DNA of 63,815 nucleotides, counting the filler, from Bigelowiella natans CCMP2755 (lineage: Eukaryota > Protista > Cercozoa), in NCBI GenBank assembly GCA_000320545.1. It is 6 parts of 6 records of this genome, joined end to end, with 100 filler letters (N's around TTAATTAATTAA, not from the genome) between each part and the next. Parts side by side here need not be neighbours in the genome. Positions count along the whole stretch, not along the records: positions 18,691 to 41,919 come from ADNK01001193.1; positions 42,020 to 55,355 come from ADNK01001896.1; 4 more parts are not named here. One strand, written 5' to 3'. How positions within the stretch are numbered: the first letter of the stretch is position 1; each line of letters opens with the position of its first letter. The notes below the pieces were generated by a model. That model ran no database searches, was not told where the DNA came from, and saw only the letters and a program-made list of their open reading frames with translations. Shown here piece by piece: positions 28,523 to 42,139 of the stretch. The translations under genes were made by a program, and so were the position numbers.

Positions 28523-30507
28523 AATCATCATCATCAGGCGCTTCTGTGGACCTAAGAAATGGGTTAGGACGATAATAATCATAACAGCAGGAGGAAATTT
28601 AAAAACCAAGGACACATATCCGAAATGACAGCGATTTATTTAGAGCGAGGCATCGTTCAACGACAATGCGAAACATACAACACTCAAGGCCCAATCATCA
28701 ATAACAGAATAACATCAACAGGTTCAACTACTACCCGAACTTTACTCTCTTGGATCCAGGTTTGTAGCAGCCAACCGCAGGAGCATACCGAAAGTTTCTC
28801 TACGGCAACAAAGGCTATTAATGAGGGAGAGGGGAGGGAGAGAGGGGGGGGGGGGGGGATTAGTGTAAAATTGAGGGAGAAATAGCGTTTAAATGAAAAT
28901 ATCAAGCAGCTAGATGCTCTGTAAACCAAACATGAAGAAGACGGACAGTGAATCAGAGGCTCCTCCTCCTCCTCCTCCCCCTCCTTCTCCTCCTCTTTAT
29001 CTCTACTGCAGTATAACTTACCTCCTCTTCCTATTCCTAGAAAGAGATCATCGCTTCTACCGTCGTTTCAATGATAATATTAATGATGATGATAATACGT
29101 CCAGGCTATGCTGCTCCCGAGACGTTTGTCATGCCAGAATCAACGCCTTCTCCGCCTGCAGAGCCGGTGAATATTCCTTCTCTTTCGCGTCCTCAGACAT
29201 TGATAGCCAAACCACGCTAAATAACCATAACCACGCCCCTTATTCTACCTTCTACCTTCTTTCTTTGGAACGCTCATGCTGACTGACCTTCTGGTTTGCT
29301 TGCTTTTCTCTTACCACTCAGCTTGCAGTTCTTCTCTCTCCCTTCCTTTGGCTCTTCAATAAGGTGACAGTAGACCAACGAAAACCTAGGGGAGGGAGTG
29401 GTAACGTGAAATAATGGGTGCGGTCAGATGATTCTTCGATGTACGAATGGGAGACTGGGAATATCGATGATTTTCGCCTAGAGCATTAAGTGTTGCAGTC
29501 AATAAATGCGGTTGTTTCTGGTACCACTTCGCGGGTCAACACGGATTACTATTATCCACATCAACGTTCGCGAGCTTGATTTGTGTTGGTTGTTGTGGTG
29601 TGAGCAGCCCGACCGGTTCGACATGTACAGCGCTGGGATCGTGATGTTGCAGATGCTGCTCCCTAGAATGAGAACGAGGAGCGGACTAAAGGAGTTTAAC
29701 AACGCGATGAGGTAGGTTGTTGGCGGTGATATCACAACCAGAGAGGTTTATGATGATGGTGGTGGTGGTGGTGGTGGTGATATGAATGATGCAGATACCT
29801 TCTGATTGAGGGAGTGACAAGAAAACCTTTTTCTGTTTTCAATGAATTTTATCAGCTCACAAGATTATGACCTTAGAAAGGTTAAAGAGTCCGGACGCGG
29901 AGGGTTGTGACTTATAAATAATAAGAAGAACGATAATAATAATAATAATATAGTAGCAAAGCGCGGGACATCAATGTGCTGCTGGAAATACAGATGCCAG
30001 TACTGAAAAAACGATGATCTCGCAGAACAAGCGTTCTCGATGTTTTCACCTTGATTTCAGAACAAACCAAACTACAAAATTCCATCATAGCAACTCATAT
30101 GCTTGCCCAGTCATTACACTTCACCGTTTTGTTCTGTCAAAACCATCGCTGCGGGTCTGTGTGTGTGTGGCGGGGGGATCTTATACTTCCTAACATCAAA
30201 TGGGAATCCCTTTCTCCTTTTCCCCCCACGTTGAGAGTTCTATGATTACTTCTAAGGTATAATTGGCAAGCAGTCGATTCAAGCACATACGCGCTCCTCT
30301 CCCAGCTGGTGTGTACATTCATGATTCATAACCACAACATCTAGGGCGGGGATCCGATTTCTTCGTTTATTGTGCTTTTTGCCTACTAACACAACTCTTA
30401 AAATCGTCGCTCGCCATCAGGTTTGCAAGAAGAATCAGAGGATGAGTGCGAGTGCGGCCCTAAGCCATCCATACTTCCTCTCCGATTTGCCGTCCATTGT
30501 GTTCTAG
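25512..30507 (+). CDS. STN8: Thylakoid Ser/Thr kinase, STN8/STL1-like, with bipartite (signal + transit) leader
   Basis: Exons: MLVHALMSLMVVGAKG then an S/R-rich stretch; LGAAYLTARPGVLQAAFD; IGMGGFGAVY; VEIYMNRRV; WLVWKYDGEETL; HRDVKPENIL; IDLGASVDLRNGFNYYPNFTLLDPGYAAPETFVMPESTPSPPAEPLAVLLSPFLW; PDRFDMYSAGIVMLQM; RMSASAALSHPYF; stop 30505-30507. A possible upstream start lies at 25362. Confidence 0.88.
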
Positions 30508-31356
30508 GAAGGGGGATCGTCTTCCTAGCAGATGCAGTGTGGGGAGATTTATTATTAGAGCGGCATGATCAAATCAAGCGGAAAGAAGAGGAGTAGGCAG
30601 TTGAGACCAGCCAAAAGCGTTAGGACAAACTTCTATTATTCCATAGCAAAATCGCTATGATACCCTGGCACATTCACGAGCATCTCTAGATATGTATAGA
30701 ATCCTCCTGGCTACTGCCGTGTCGAAGCACTGTTTGGTAGCATTTAGATGAAAGTAGCAGTGAAGCAAGGTTGCTGCTGGTTGTTATTTGTACATCATGG
30801 CGTGACTAGTTTAGGGGGTACAGGAAATCTATTACTGCACTATGAATACCTGCTAAATTCAGCCTTCAATAAAATATTTGATTACAGACAATGTGATGCC
30901 ACGAAACACGCGCGTGCGCGGCGCTATGTACGTACATCTGAATATAGATGCATTGTCGTAGCTAATATAGCGCATTGCGCACGAATGTCATATGATGTCA
31001 ACTCCAACATGATGATTACAAATGCCAGAATGTCCTCATGCATCGATGTGAATGCACAATGGAAGCTTATGCACATTAAAACAGCTAACATGTAAGCAAT
31101 CATGCATGTGAAATGGCATAGCATCGATCAATCGGATCTACACGCTACTGGCGATTCAATCATATATTTAATATGTATAAGAACGTAGAATGAATGGAGT
31201 AATCCACTACGCATGCATGCAACATTAATACAAATGTTTTCATTATTTATTTCTAAATTTGCCTGATCTATAAGAGGAAGAGGCCGAGCTTGACTGTCAG
31301 GCTACTATTCAGATCTAGAGATACTCGCTCGTCCAACTCCTTTTTCCACACTCTTA

Positions 31357-31909
31357 TCACCACCAGCTCGATTGCTTATTAGTCTTCTGCTGAGCAGCTA
31401 GCGCGCGCTTTTGGGCCTCTTCCGCAATTTTATCGTTTTCAGCTGCTTGTTTCTCTGCGTATGCTTTCTCCTTTGCCTCACGTTTAGCGTCCCTTGCTGC
31501 TTGAGCGACAGCCGCCGCTGCTGCGGCGTCGGAAGCAGCTTTGGCGATCTGAGCGGCTTGATCGGGAGAGAGCGCTGGGGATGGTTGCCCTGGAATTTGA
31601 CAGGGCGTTCCTGGGGCAACTGGCTGGCCTACTGTACACGGATGACCGGGAGAGGAGATCTGGACGCCAGCAGGCACAGGGATGGTAGGGGTTGGGGCAG
31701 GGTTCGTTGCTGGGTCATTGGGGGCAGCAGCCGCCTGATGAAGGAGACGGAGGGACGGATGAATGGATGGATGGATGGAGATGGATGGGTGGATAGATGA
31801 TGGGGGTATGTGCTGAGTTTGATTATTTGGATCGTAGTCTGTGGTTTCGGAAGTGGTGCGCATTCTGGTGGAAATGGTGGTTGTATGTGTATGTGTGCGT
31901 GCGTGCGTG

Positions 31910-31947
<38 letters not shown>

Positions 31948-32459
31948 AATTCGTATGGTGCTTCGGAATTAGTTTTGTTGCGACGTCTTCAAACGATACT
32001 TATGGAAAGGTAATTATGGGAAGGAGAATGAGAATTATATAACTATTTTTCTTCTTTGATAAAATCGTAAAGAATGCAGAAGAATGGCACTCACCGCTGG
32101 GGTAACGGTGTCTGCCTCATGAGGATGAATAGTCGTTACATCACGATGGAAATGAATCGGTGATGCCAAAAGTAGGAGGCAAGATATCGCCAGTGCACCA
32201 ATTATATAAGTCTTCACACTGCGCTTCGTGACGAAGTTGTACAGACGCCTCAAGTCGAACCTAAACAAAATATTTCCGTACCTCTCACAAGCTGTCATTT
32301 AACTCACAAGTTGCCTCCTTTCATACAAAGAAAACAGAAAACTCTCTTTTAGATGTAAAACCTTGATCGTGACTCCACGCGCTGATCCGTCGAGGAGGGG
32401 GGAATAGATCCGTAGGGTTTTTTTGGTGTGAACTCGCCTGCAGGGGCCTCGGGATCCAT
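31357..32459 (-). CDS. Small single-pass (type II-like) membrane protein with Pro-rich and Ala/Lys/Glu coiled-coil C-terminus
   Basis: Three exons: MDPEAPAGEFTPKKPYGSIPP...|FDLRRLYNFVTKRSVKTYIIGALAISCLLLLASP...VTPA|AAAAPNDPATNPAPTPT...AKREAKEKAYAEKQAAEN...SSWW*. Confidence 0.7.
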
Positions 32460-33406
32460 GTTGGATTTTGTTACCGTTCGCTCTTTTCCGGGAGCGGTCC
32501 TTGTCTTCGAGTCACAGTAGTGACAGTAGAACCGGTGAAACTTCGGAGACACCAGTGCTTTTTTGCCACTTCTCGAAATCGAGCAAACACCAGAGAAATC
32601 CACTCTGATTCAAGCCTCCTAATCCGACCAAAACCACAAGATGTTTTGGGGAACATCCTTCGTTGCAATGTCGGCATGCCGTGTTCTCTTTGTTTCGTTC
32701 TTCTCTTGTTCTCCGCTTCTCTTGGTTTGTTTCCGGCTACTTTTCGTTTTTTGATGTTTTTGATGCGGTAGATCTACGAGCAACATTGAAGGGAAAAAAA
32801 ATCGGCTATGAGCTATGGCTAATTCGCCGGGACTGGACATTAACATCTGGTACTGCCTGCTTCTTGTCGTCAAAGAACGACGCGGTTATAAATACCAAGC
32901 ACCTCATTTCCTATTAGCGACAAAGGTTTTCTCCATGTCGTTGTGTGACTTTTGATTCGTTTTTCCCATCATGACGAAAATGACGTACGATATTGTTCTA
33001 CCTATTTTTAGTAAATTATTAATATCAAAATAAGACGCATGGTATAAACGGTATGTATTTGGACAATTATCGTCGTTCTGGAAGAAAGTGATCGCCTCAC
33101 CAGATCTGATCCTGATTGGTAGTTTCAGGCTTTGGGGGGGTGAGGGGGCAGCAATTCTAAAATATATGGTATTTACAAGGATGAAGTGAAAACTTTAACT
33201 GTTTCGTGTGGATGAGTTGTCGAAGAGGTCTCCTGGCAAATCATAATCAAACTTGAATTTCTGTGCCGTATATTTTTTCCTCAGAAAGGAGACGTTCACG
33301 CGAAACATAGGAGGAAAGATTTATTCCTCCAGTTCTACCTCTGTCGCAGCCAATTTCACTAATAGAGTAGTAGTAGTAGTAGTGGAGAGGAAACCAAGCA
33401 TTAAGG

Positions 33407-35564
33407 ATGTCAAGCCAGCAGCAAACGCCGGCTGGTCAGGGCGCTTCTCTGGCCTCGGTAAGAAATAGTGAAATTTTTCCGAATCTGATAAATCTTCGTT
33501 TGTGGATAATTCGTTGTCGTTGTTAGTAGTCTTTATTTGATGCATTCGATTTTGTAGGTTTTGGTCCCTGCTGCTTGTACTGCCGCGGCATACTTCATCA
33601 TCTTTGAAGCGTTTCGAGGCAATTTGACAGAGTTTTTCGCGCCAAGATTCAAAAACTCGAAGAAGGGCAGATATCCTCATCCAGTAATAAAATGAAGTAA
33701 CACCTAGAATGTATATATTATCACTCTCAGTATATCGGTATTGTTGGTATGATAGCGCACACTCATACACACACCCAAGAACTCACGTACACCTGTACAC
33801 GCACATACATGAAATTTCAGAATTGATACTTATGCTTTCATATTCAGGGAGTATTTTCATGGATTTACAATGTGTACTGCGTGAGCGATGAGGAGCTTCT
33901 TACTAGAAGTGGATTCGACGCGGTTGTATATGTCAAGTTTATGGGACTGTGTTTCAAGATCCTCATGGTCCTAAGGTGAGGCTTCTCGATGTCTCCTGAA
34001 TTATTGTAGAACTTATGAAAGCTAAAATGGTGTGCGCTCCTGAAATATAGCAGATTTGAGTAATTAAATCTATTAAGTACGTCTTCATGAAGGTTTAAAG
34101 ATAAACTGGCAATTTATATCATCCTGATATTTCATTTGCTTTGTGATTTTTTGGGGTGCTTGATCTACACAGTATTCTTGGATTGGTGATACTGGCATCT
34201 ATATACAATGAAGGGAGTGGAAACATGCAAGGCCTTATGAGGTTGACGCTCTCCAATGTCGAGCAAAAAGGCGACTATTTATGGGCGCCTGCTATCATGA
34301 TGTGGTTTTTCACTGGAACTATTATCTACTTCATCCAAAAGGCCTACGATCGCATCATTGCGCTGCGCGCAATTGCTTGCAATCTTGGCAGCAAGGTCCA
34401 GTACACTATTCTCGTGACGAAAATCCCTACTGCTTGCGACACAGAGGACAAGATTCGTGCATTTCTCGAGCCACAGTGGCCAGGTCAAATCGTCAACGTG
34501 AGCCCTGTGGAAGAGTGCTCCGAGATAGAAGGGAAGGTGGAGCAGCTGAAGAAGGACAGCTTGGCACTACTCAAAGCCAAGAATAAACGCTCAGAGAGCG
34601 ATGAAGAACCCATGATTAGATTAGGTTTGTTGGGGCTTTGTGGCGAACGAGTGTCGGCTGTATCACACTACGAAATTGAAGTGAAGAAGGGCATTGCAGA
34701 GATCGAGCGCCTTAAAAAGCGTGGCGGTGATTTCACCGGGAGTGCATTCGTGTCCTTCCGTTCAGTTGCATCGACTACGAAAGCCGCATTCTGCCGCAAC
34801 GAGGTGGTGGACGAGGAGAACTGGGCTTTTCAGAATGCCCCAGAACCCAAAGACATCTTGTGGAATAATCTCTTCAGAGTGAGATCGGATGCTGAGCACC
34901 GCACGCTCGAGCTGATTGCTTCTGCAATGATGACAGCCCTTATCATATTCTATGCCATCCCGGTGGCCGCCGGGTCTGCCCTGGTAGAGCAGCTAAGTAG
35001 TTGTGCAACTAGTTGTAGTGATGATGTTAATAGTAGTAGTAGTAGTAGGAGTAGTACCAGTAGTAGTTGTTGTATCAGGAAGTAGTGGCAGTCGCAAACT
35101 TGAGCAGTAGCAGTATCTATTCGAAATGTTCCCAAGTTGTACAAAATCCTGCCAATGTATGGCCCCCTCTCCCTCGCAGCATAGGCTCATTATCATTGTC
35201 ATCGTCATCACCGTCCTCAGCACTGATACCATCAATCAACATCACAGGCGAATATTAAGGAGCTCGATGAGCGCAATGATTGGTTGCACGGCATCGCAGA
35301 GCTCCCCCCCGGGGTCATTGCTATCATCGAAGGGTAGGACATAGCAGATTTAAAAAAAAAACCGACAGAGGATAGGTTAAGTAGAGGGTGGGGGAGAAGA
35401 AATGAACTGAACAAGGAACGAGTGAATTAGACTGTAGTCTGTGACCCTCGCTTCTGCTCTTTACTGAATATCTGCAGCAGCGGCAATTTAGTTCTTCACC
35501 CTTTATTCTATCGATTTTATGCTAGTACATCATCTTCGACATTCTAAATAAAACAAACTTTTCC

Positions 35565-35599
<35 letters not shown>

Positions 35600-37543
35600 G
35601 ATGTTCACCTCTACATTTTAAATGAACCCCCATCTCTAATGTTGTCGTTAGAGTCTATTCCGCGGCGGTCCGGCGTATTGCCTCCGAAGTACAATATGTA
35701 CAACATCTTGAATTCATCCTTGGGGCACTCCCCGAAATAAATTGTTCATAAAGAGAGAGATAAACGTTTCTAAGTACAATGCCCCTGCGCCGGTTTTCAT
35801 CACATTCATCTCTAGGTGGGTAGACAGTGTGATGATTGATGAATTAATGCAAAAGCGCGTGAGACTCGCATTCTCCACAACACACACACACACACACACA
35901 CACTCACTCACGCGCGCGCGCGCGCGCGCGCACACACTCACTCAGTTTGACATGTGACACGTTGTGAGATGATGCATAATCATTTCTGCCCCCTCTCTCT
36001 CTCTCTCTTCTACGTCCTTGTGTTTAAAGGAAGCATGCATCAAGTCTGTTCATATAGCGCCCCCCCCCCCCCCCCCCTTTCCTAAAGCAAATCCCCCCAA
36101 GACTTTCTTCGACGTTCTATTAACCACAAATACCGTTCTCCTCCTGCTGCTGCTGCCGCTGTCGCTGTCGTTTGCTGTTGTGTGCACAGCTCGGTGTTCG
36201 AAACCATCAACGAGATCGTGAAGAAACCTCTCACATCCTTTGAGCTGCTCGCCCACTCCGTCCCCCTAGTAGCCCTTGACATGATTCAGTATATCGCCCT
36301 CAAAGGTCTCTCCGTGCAATCGGCGAAGATCATTCGAATTCCGGGTTTGGCAATGACGGGGCTCTTTACGAGCCTTGCCAGCAGTGATTATGAGCGGAGA
36401 AAGGCGATGAAACCTCCTCTCTTCGCATACGGTTCATCTTTGGCATACGCAGGACTTATCTGGACGCTCTGCACGTGCTACATGGCTGTAATAATAATAA
36501 TCACTACCCAAATGAGCGACATGCATGATATAATTAGCCGATATCGTTCCCTCTCTCCTAGTTAGTCACTGTTTAGTAGCATGTTCATGGCAAGTAAAAT
36601 GTGTCGATTACGCTCCGAAGAGGGGCAATGAATACAATGAGGTTTGAGCGAATTGGGGAGCAGTCAATCATATAGCGTTGGGGTGTTAGGGCATGGTAGA
36701 GTTGACTTTTAGTCCTCTGAATGTCCATCTGACTTGAGGATTTCGTATGTGTGTGGGGGGGTTGCCAGGTTGCGCCGCTGATTCTTCCCTTCGGAGTGCT
36801 GTACTTCTTCTTGGATTATACCATCCAAAAGTACAACTTGCTCTACGTCCACGGTATTTATTGTTGTCTCTGACTGGGTGTGTTATGACGAAGAGGGTGG
36901 TGTTAGTGTGTGTGTGTGTGTGTTTGGAGAGATTGATAGTGAAAATAGTGATATTGATATTGTGCGTAGGAGTATGAGTTTCGTGGCACGCACCCGCAGA
37001 AAAAGAACACTATGCATTATGATCTCCTCGCCTTATATGAATGGTGTTTATGCGTTTGCAGTGCCTGAGTTTGAGACGTTTGGAATGTTCTGGCCGAAGT
37101 TGATAAGAATGATGTTCCAAGGACTGTTGATTGGTCAAATAGCTCTCGTGATCATCGTAGGACTCAAGTTTGGTTACATGCAGCAGTCCCTCCTCGTGCC
37201 CCTCCCTATTATCACGTACCTCTACGGAAATTTCCTCGATGACAGTCGGGAGTACTTGTTGGACGACACTGGCATGGCGTTACAGAATGCCGTAGAGCTT
37301 GATGAGAAGCGCTCTGCAAATGAAGTCACAGCCTACCTGATGAAGGAAAAGTCCCTCAAAGTGTGGGAACACCCTGCGATGCGAGTGGACACTTACGATC
37401 CGTTGAAGGAGGTCCAGGAACTTGGCGTCATCGGCAGCGAAAAGAGAGACGATGGCGACGATGCTGATGTTAAAGAGGCGGACGCCAAGACACGTCTCCT
37501 CGAAGACTTCGAGCTGGAGAGTGGTAACAAAAAGAATGCCTAA
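33407..37543 (+). CDS. OSCA/TMEM63/CSC1 (ERD4-like) calcium-permeable stress-gated channel
   Basis: FFAPR; GVFSWI...SDEELLTRSGFDAVVYVKF; RLTLSNV; QYTILVTKIP; GSAFVSFRS; APEPKDILWNNL; LIIFYAIPVA; VAPLILPFGVLYFFLDYTIQKYNLLYV; PEFETFGMFWP. Stop at 37543. Confidence 0.92.
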
Positions 37544-38466
37544 GATGAGAGTTCAGTGGTAGTCAACCATTTTAGCATACATTCAGCGCGGTTGTCGATG
37601 AGCGAAACTTTGACACTCGTCGATACATCAATATCAAGGCGATATTCACACATGGCCACAATGAATGCGCTTGTGTTGTGCGATGTGGTTAGACGTGTGT
37701 GTGTACTGCCACACGTACATGCGGCATGAATTAGTGTCAATAAACTATTGTATAACTGGATCACCAACGGGAGGCAGCAGCACGCAAACGCAGCAACAAT
37801 GTCACTCACATGCACGCGCACACACGCTAGCACGCATTCTAGTCATCATCAGCGATGAGACGAAAAATTGCATCATGTGCAATCACAATGATGTGAATCC
37901 AAGCAGAACTGCGAGCCATTATTTGCGCGCGCATGTCACAATAAATTACATGTTAATAACTGCAGAGCAAAAAGGATGGTTGTTGTGCTGCGTTGCATTC
38001 CCATATGGCATGCACGGCGCTACGTACGGGTGATATAGTAATGCTGACTGAAGACAACAGAGCCTCAGCAGGCAGTTGTCTTATATTCTGCCATGTTAGC
38101 GCATCAGTTGCACGGATGCACGTACTGACATCGCTCACACTTGTCGCGGCACATACGCAGCTTGTGACGCAGTGATTTAGTCACTTGTGATTCAATGAAG
38201 CAGCACAGCCTTGCTAATAAGATCGAATGTGTAGGTGATGACGGCGCAGAGACAGCAACACACATACATCTCATCCAGGCGCATGCTAGCATGGACTGCG
38301 CCCATTGCACAGACGAAGTAGAACTCGGTTCAATGTGATCAACATATGAAAACAACGTCCGCACTCGCAATCTAGACAATCTAGCAATGCACGATATTCT
38401 TGGTCGATAGATGCATAAAATATAATAAAATATATAACATCTATATCATACATATAATATATTTTT

Positions 38467-39177
38467 TTATGTCTTTAGTGTAGGCAATAAAAACCTGATT
38501 GCGTCTACATCTACTACACAGATCACAGTAACTGCACAAATTGCATCCCAGCAGACAGAAGCACAAACGCACATGAGTGTTTATAAAAACTTGGCATCTG
38601 TCGCGCCATACCTTTGGATCGCCCACAGAAGATATGTTCAGTTATGCACTCTTCCCCAGCATCAGGTAAACGACCACCAGCGAAAACAACCTGCAAGGGT
38701 GGGGGGCGGGAGGAGTTGATGAAGACGAGCAGTGTGTACATTGATGATAATATGCCAACTCGGACTGCTACCTTGCAGCTCCACATATGAAGATCAGCAG
38801 CGATAAGCTGGAACATATATGTTGATAGCAGTAGACAAAACGAGAGAAGATGAAGAAGAAGATGGTAACCACCATGCTGTGTGATGATGATGATGATGAA
38901 GCAGAGCAACAATGAAGATACATTCATATGAAAGTAGCACAGTGGTGCATGTGCGGACAGTCGCGTAAATGCCAACAGATTGAATGATTGATGGCTGACT
39001 CACTCACTCACCCCGTTGTGAGAGAATGACCGTAGTCACCGTATCTGATCTGGAGGGCCTGGATGATAGGTGTTGTCGCCCAGTCGCCGATACTGCTACC
39101 TGGCAACCACCAAAGCAAATCTTCCAATGATGATGGTGATGGTGAAGCCACTCGCATGACTCGACGGAAGAGTGAAG

Positions 39178-39223
<46 letters not shown>

Positions 39224-39540
39224 CCCGACATTAAGAGAATGTTAAGAGAGTATTCGCTAGTCTGAGAATAGCAACCTAAATCCAACAAGGATAGATACAC
39301 GCTATAGAAGAGCCCTTTCCTCTTCCCGTTGGGGGATGTTTGCGTGGCAATCACAAGAAGAGGGAGAAGCGCTAGACCGGTGACCTTTAGGGTGGGAGGA
39401 AAAGAGGCAGGGGAGGAGGGGAGTGATTCTTTGTGCAAACGCTACGACACTCTAATTTCCAGGCCTCCGCAGCCAAATCCGCCATCAGAACATGTCATTC
39501 GAACATGCATGCTTTCCCCATAATTATTTACACACACGTG

Positions 39541-39580
<40 letters not shown>

Positions 39581-39912
39581 CATAGATATCGTCTCTTGAT
39601 CGCCATACCATGCCCGACAGCGCACTCGTGATGCCAAAGTACCTAGTAGCGAAGAGAAAAAGAGCGGACATTCATCGTCGTGTGGGTTGTGGATAATAGC
39701 CAGCACTACCAGCGCCGCACCTCACAAAATACGACTACTACTACTACTACTACTACTATCACCACTGTTACTACTGCTGAAACATTATGTCTCTATGGTG
39801 TTGTCCTTCCAAGTGTTCTCTAGAAAAGGATAATCATTTCTAAGAGCTACTTACGTTTCTTCCTGGAGGCATGTCAATTGCTGAGCAATGTTTAACACAC
39901 ACACACACACAA

Positions 39913-39996
<84 letters not shown>

Positions 39997-40213
39997 GACA
40001 GCACTTGAGTAGACGGTAACAAGACATAGTGTAGTCCTCTGATTGCAGAAGGAAAGGTGTGAAGTTGCAGTGAGAGAACATCATCGTAGATATAAAGTAT
40101 ACAAATGGAAAACGATCATTTAGACCAAGCTCGACTTCCTCCCTCAAACATGATCTAATCCGCATCGCCATTGAATGTTTTCATAGCAAATGAATACGAT
40201 GGTAGTAGTAGAT

Positions 40214-40250
<37 letters not shown>

Positions 40251-40382
40251 CGGTAGCAGTAATTGTTGTTGTTGTTGTTGTTGTCGTTGGAGGTCACACG
40301 TACAATATCGACACACGAAGATCCTGTGCTATTCCGTCGTGATGTTAACGGAAGGTACCTGCCAGTTGTTGTGAGCAGCAAA

Positions 40383-40418
<36 letters not shown>

Positions 40419-40474
40419 CAAGAGATCAATATATCAAAATATAGAGCTTTGATAGAAAATATGAAAGCGCAGCA

Positions 40475-40506
<32 letters not shown>

Positions 40507-40677
40507 TTTTTATATAAATATACATGCATGCATGCATGCATGTGTGTGTGTGTGTGTGTGTGTGTGTCTGCGCGCGCGTATGTTGGTTGCTGTGGATGTT
40601 GTTGTTATTGTTGCTATTTTTGTTTTGTACATGAACGTGCTCAGAATGCTTAATAAGCCTGACGTGACCAATCCCTA

Positions 40678-40738
<61 letters not shown>

Positions 40739-41367
40739 CGTAATTGTAATTGTAACTTAATCAGTAGTTTAGACAAAGCCGAAACGTATAGTGCTCATCA
40801 GCGCTGCGTAGTCAAAGGCTATCGACGACAACGCCCGTAACGGTACCTCACATCATCATCACCATCATTATCATCATCATCACATACTCACCAAAACAGC
40901 AGCAGCAGCAGCATCCACAAACACATCGCATCATCCTTTTGTACACATGCACACAGGCAGCGTACGTATCTAGTCGTGAGGGTCGTTCCCTCCCTTCCAG
41001 AAGGCACCAGCCGTGGGTATAGTAAGCAGCTCAGGCCAGTAAACACAGAGCTGATTAGCCGCATGTGTACCTTTGGTAGCATAAAAGGAGGAGGAGGAGG
41101 AGGAGGAGGAGGAGGAGGAGGAGAAGGAGGAGAAACAGTGAATGCGATGAAAAACTAAGCACTTTCAACGATTCGAGCCTCCTCATCATCATCTACTTCG
41201 TTCTATTCGCCACCCTTCCCTCCCCTCTCTCTCTCCCTCCCACCCCCCCAATTGATCGCCACAGCGCTTGTACAACGTTCCAAGTAGTACCAGAACGCAT
41301 GCTTTGGCTTGAAGGGCGGCAAATCTGATGATGGTGGGGGTGGATATGGCTGTTTGACTTCGGTCGT

Positions 41368-41398
<31 letters not shown>

Positions 41399-41640
41399 GT
41401 TATCATCATCATCATCATCTTCATCATCTAAAAGCAAAGAGCAGCTGCTACTTCAATGCACATAACATATCCGGTAGAGAGTGTGCGCTTGTAGATCAGT
41501 ACGACTCTCCAATCAGCAAGGTGGCCATTAATCGGTGAGGATGTATCATTTATATTTAATATAATTACTGGTAAGTCGCCAGCTGGGCAGTAGCTGAGGG
41601 CGCTGCATTGTACAGAAACAATGCTATTCCTGGCCAAATC
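38467..41640 (-). CDS. Series of short coding exons of an unidentified protein, possibly the 3' end of the large helical-repeat gene
   Basis: AG/GT-flanked non-repetitive islands between microsatellites, e.g. AMIWPGIALFLYNAAPSATAQLATY (~41570-41645), VVFAGGRLPDAGEECITEHIFCGRSK (~38612-38690) and terminal VDVDAIRFLLPTLKT*. Reading frames are not all resolved. Confidence 0.4.
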
Positions 41641-41919
41641 ATCGCCTGCAGCAGCATCATCACCATCACCATCATTATCATCATTATCATCACCACGATC
41701 ATCGTCAAATTTATACTGTAATCATGAAAGCATCTTCGAGTCAGTTTGCGCCCCACCCTTCACCACTACTCACTCCCACCACTACTTGACGTGTCTTGCC
41801 TGCACTGAATGCTGCATTTGTGCTGATATAAATGCCGCAGGTATATATCTCTCCCCCCCCCCCCATGCACGTGACGCGCATGCATGTGGCGCGCACTGCT
41901 ACGCGAGTACAAGTCATGT

Positions 41920-42019
41920 NNNNNNNNNNNNNNNNNNNNNNNNNNNNNNNNNNNNNNNNNNNNTTAATTAATTAANNNNNNNNNNNNNNNNNNNNNNNNN
42001 NNNNNNNNNNNNNNNNNNN
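41920..42019. other. Assembly gap spacer
   Basis: N44-TTAATTAATTAA-N44. Confidence 0.98.
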
Positions 42020-42139
42020 CCTGCACACACACACACACACACACACCATAGAATGCTCAATATCGGTCTCTCAATCTTCCTCTCCATTGACTGACATGTT
42101 TTGCTCATAATCATATCGCTTCGCTGATATCATATAATA

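Noticed and set aside
41565-41645. Mitochondrial-carrier-like motif (AQLATYQ)
   Set aside because: No PX[DE]XX[KR] carrier signature or threefold repeat was found in the neighbouring exons.
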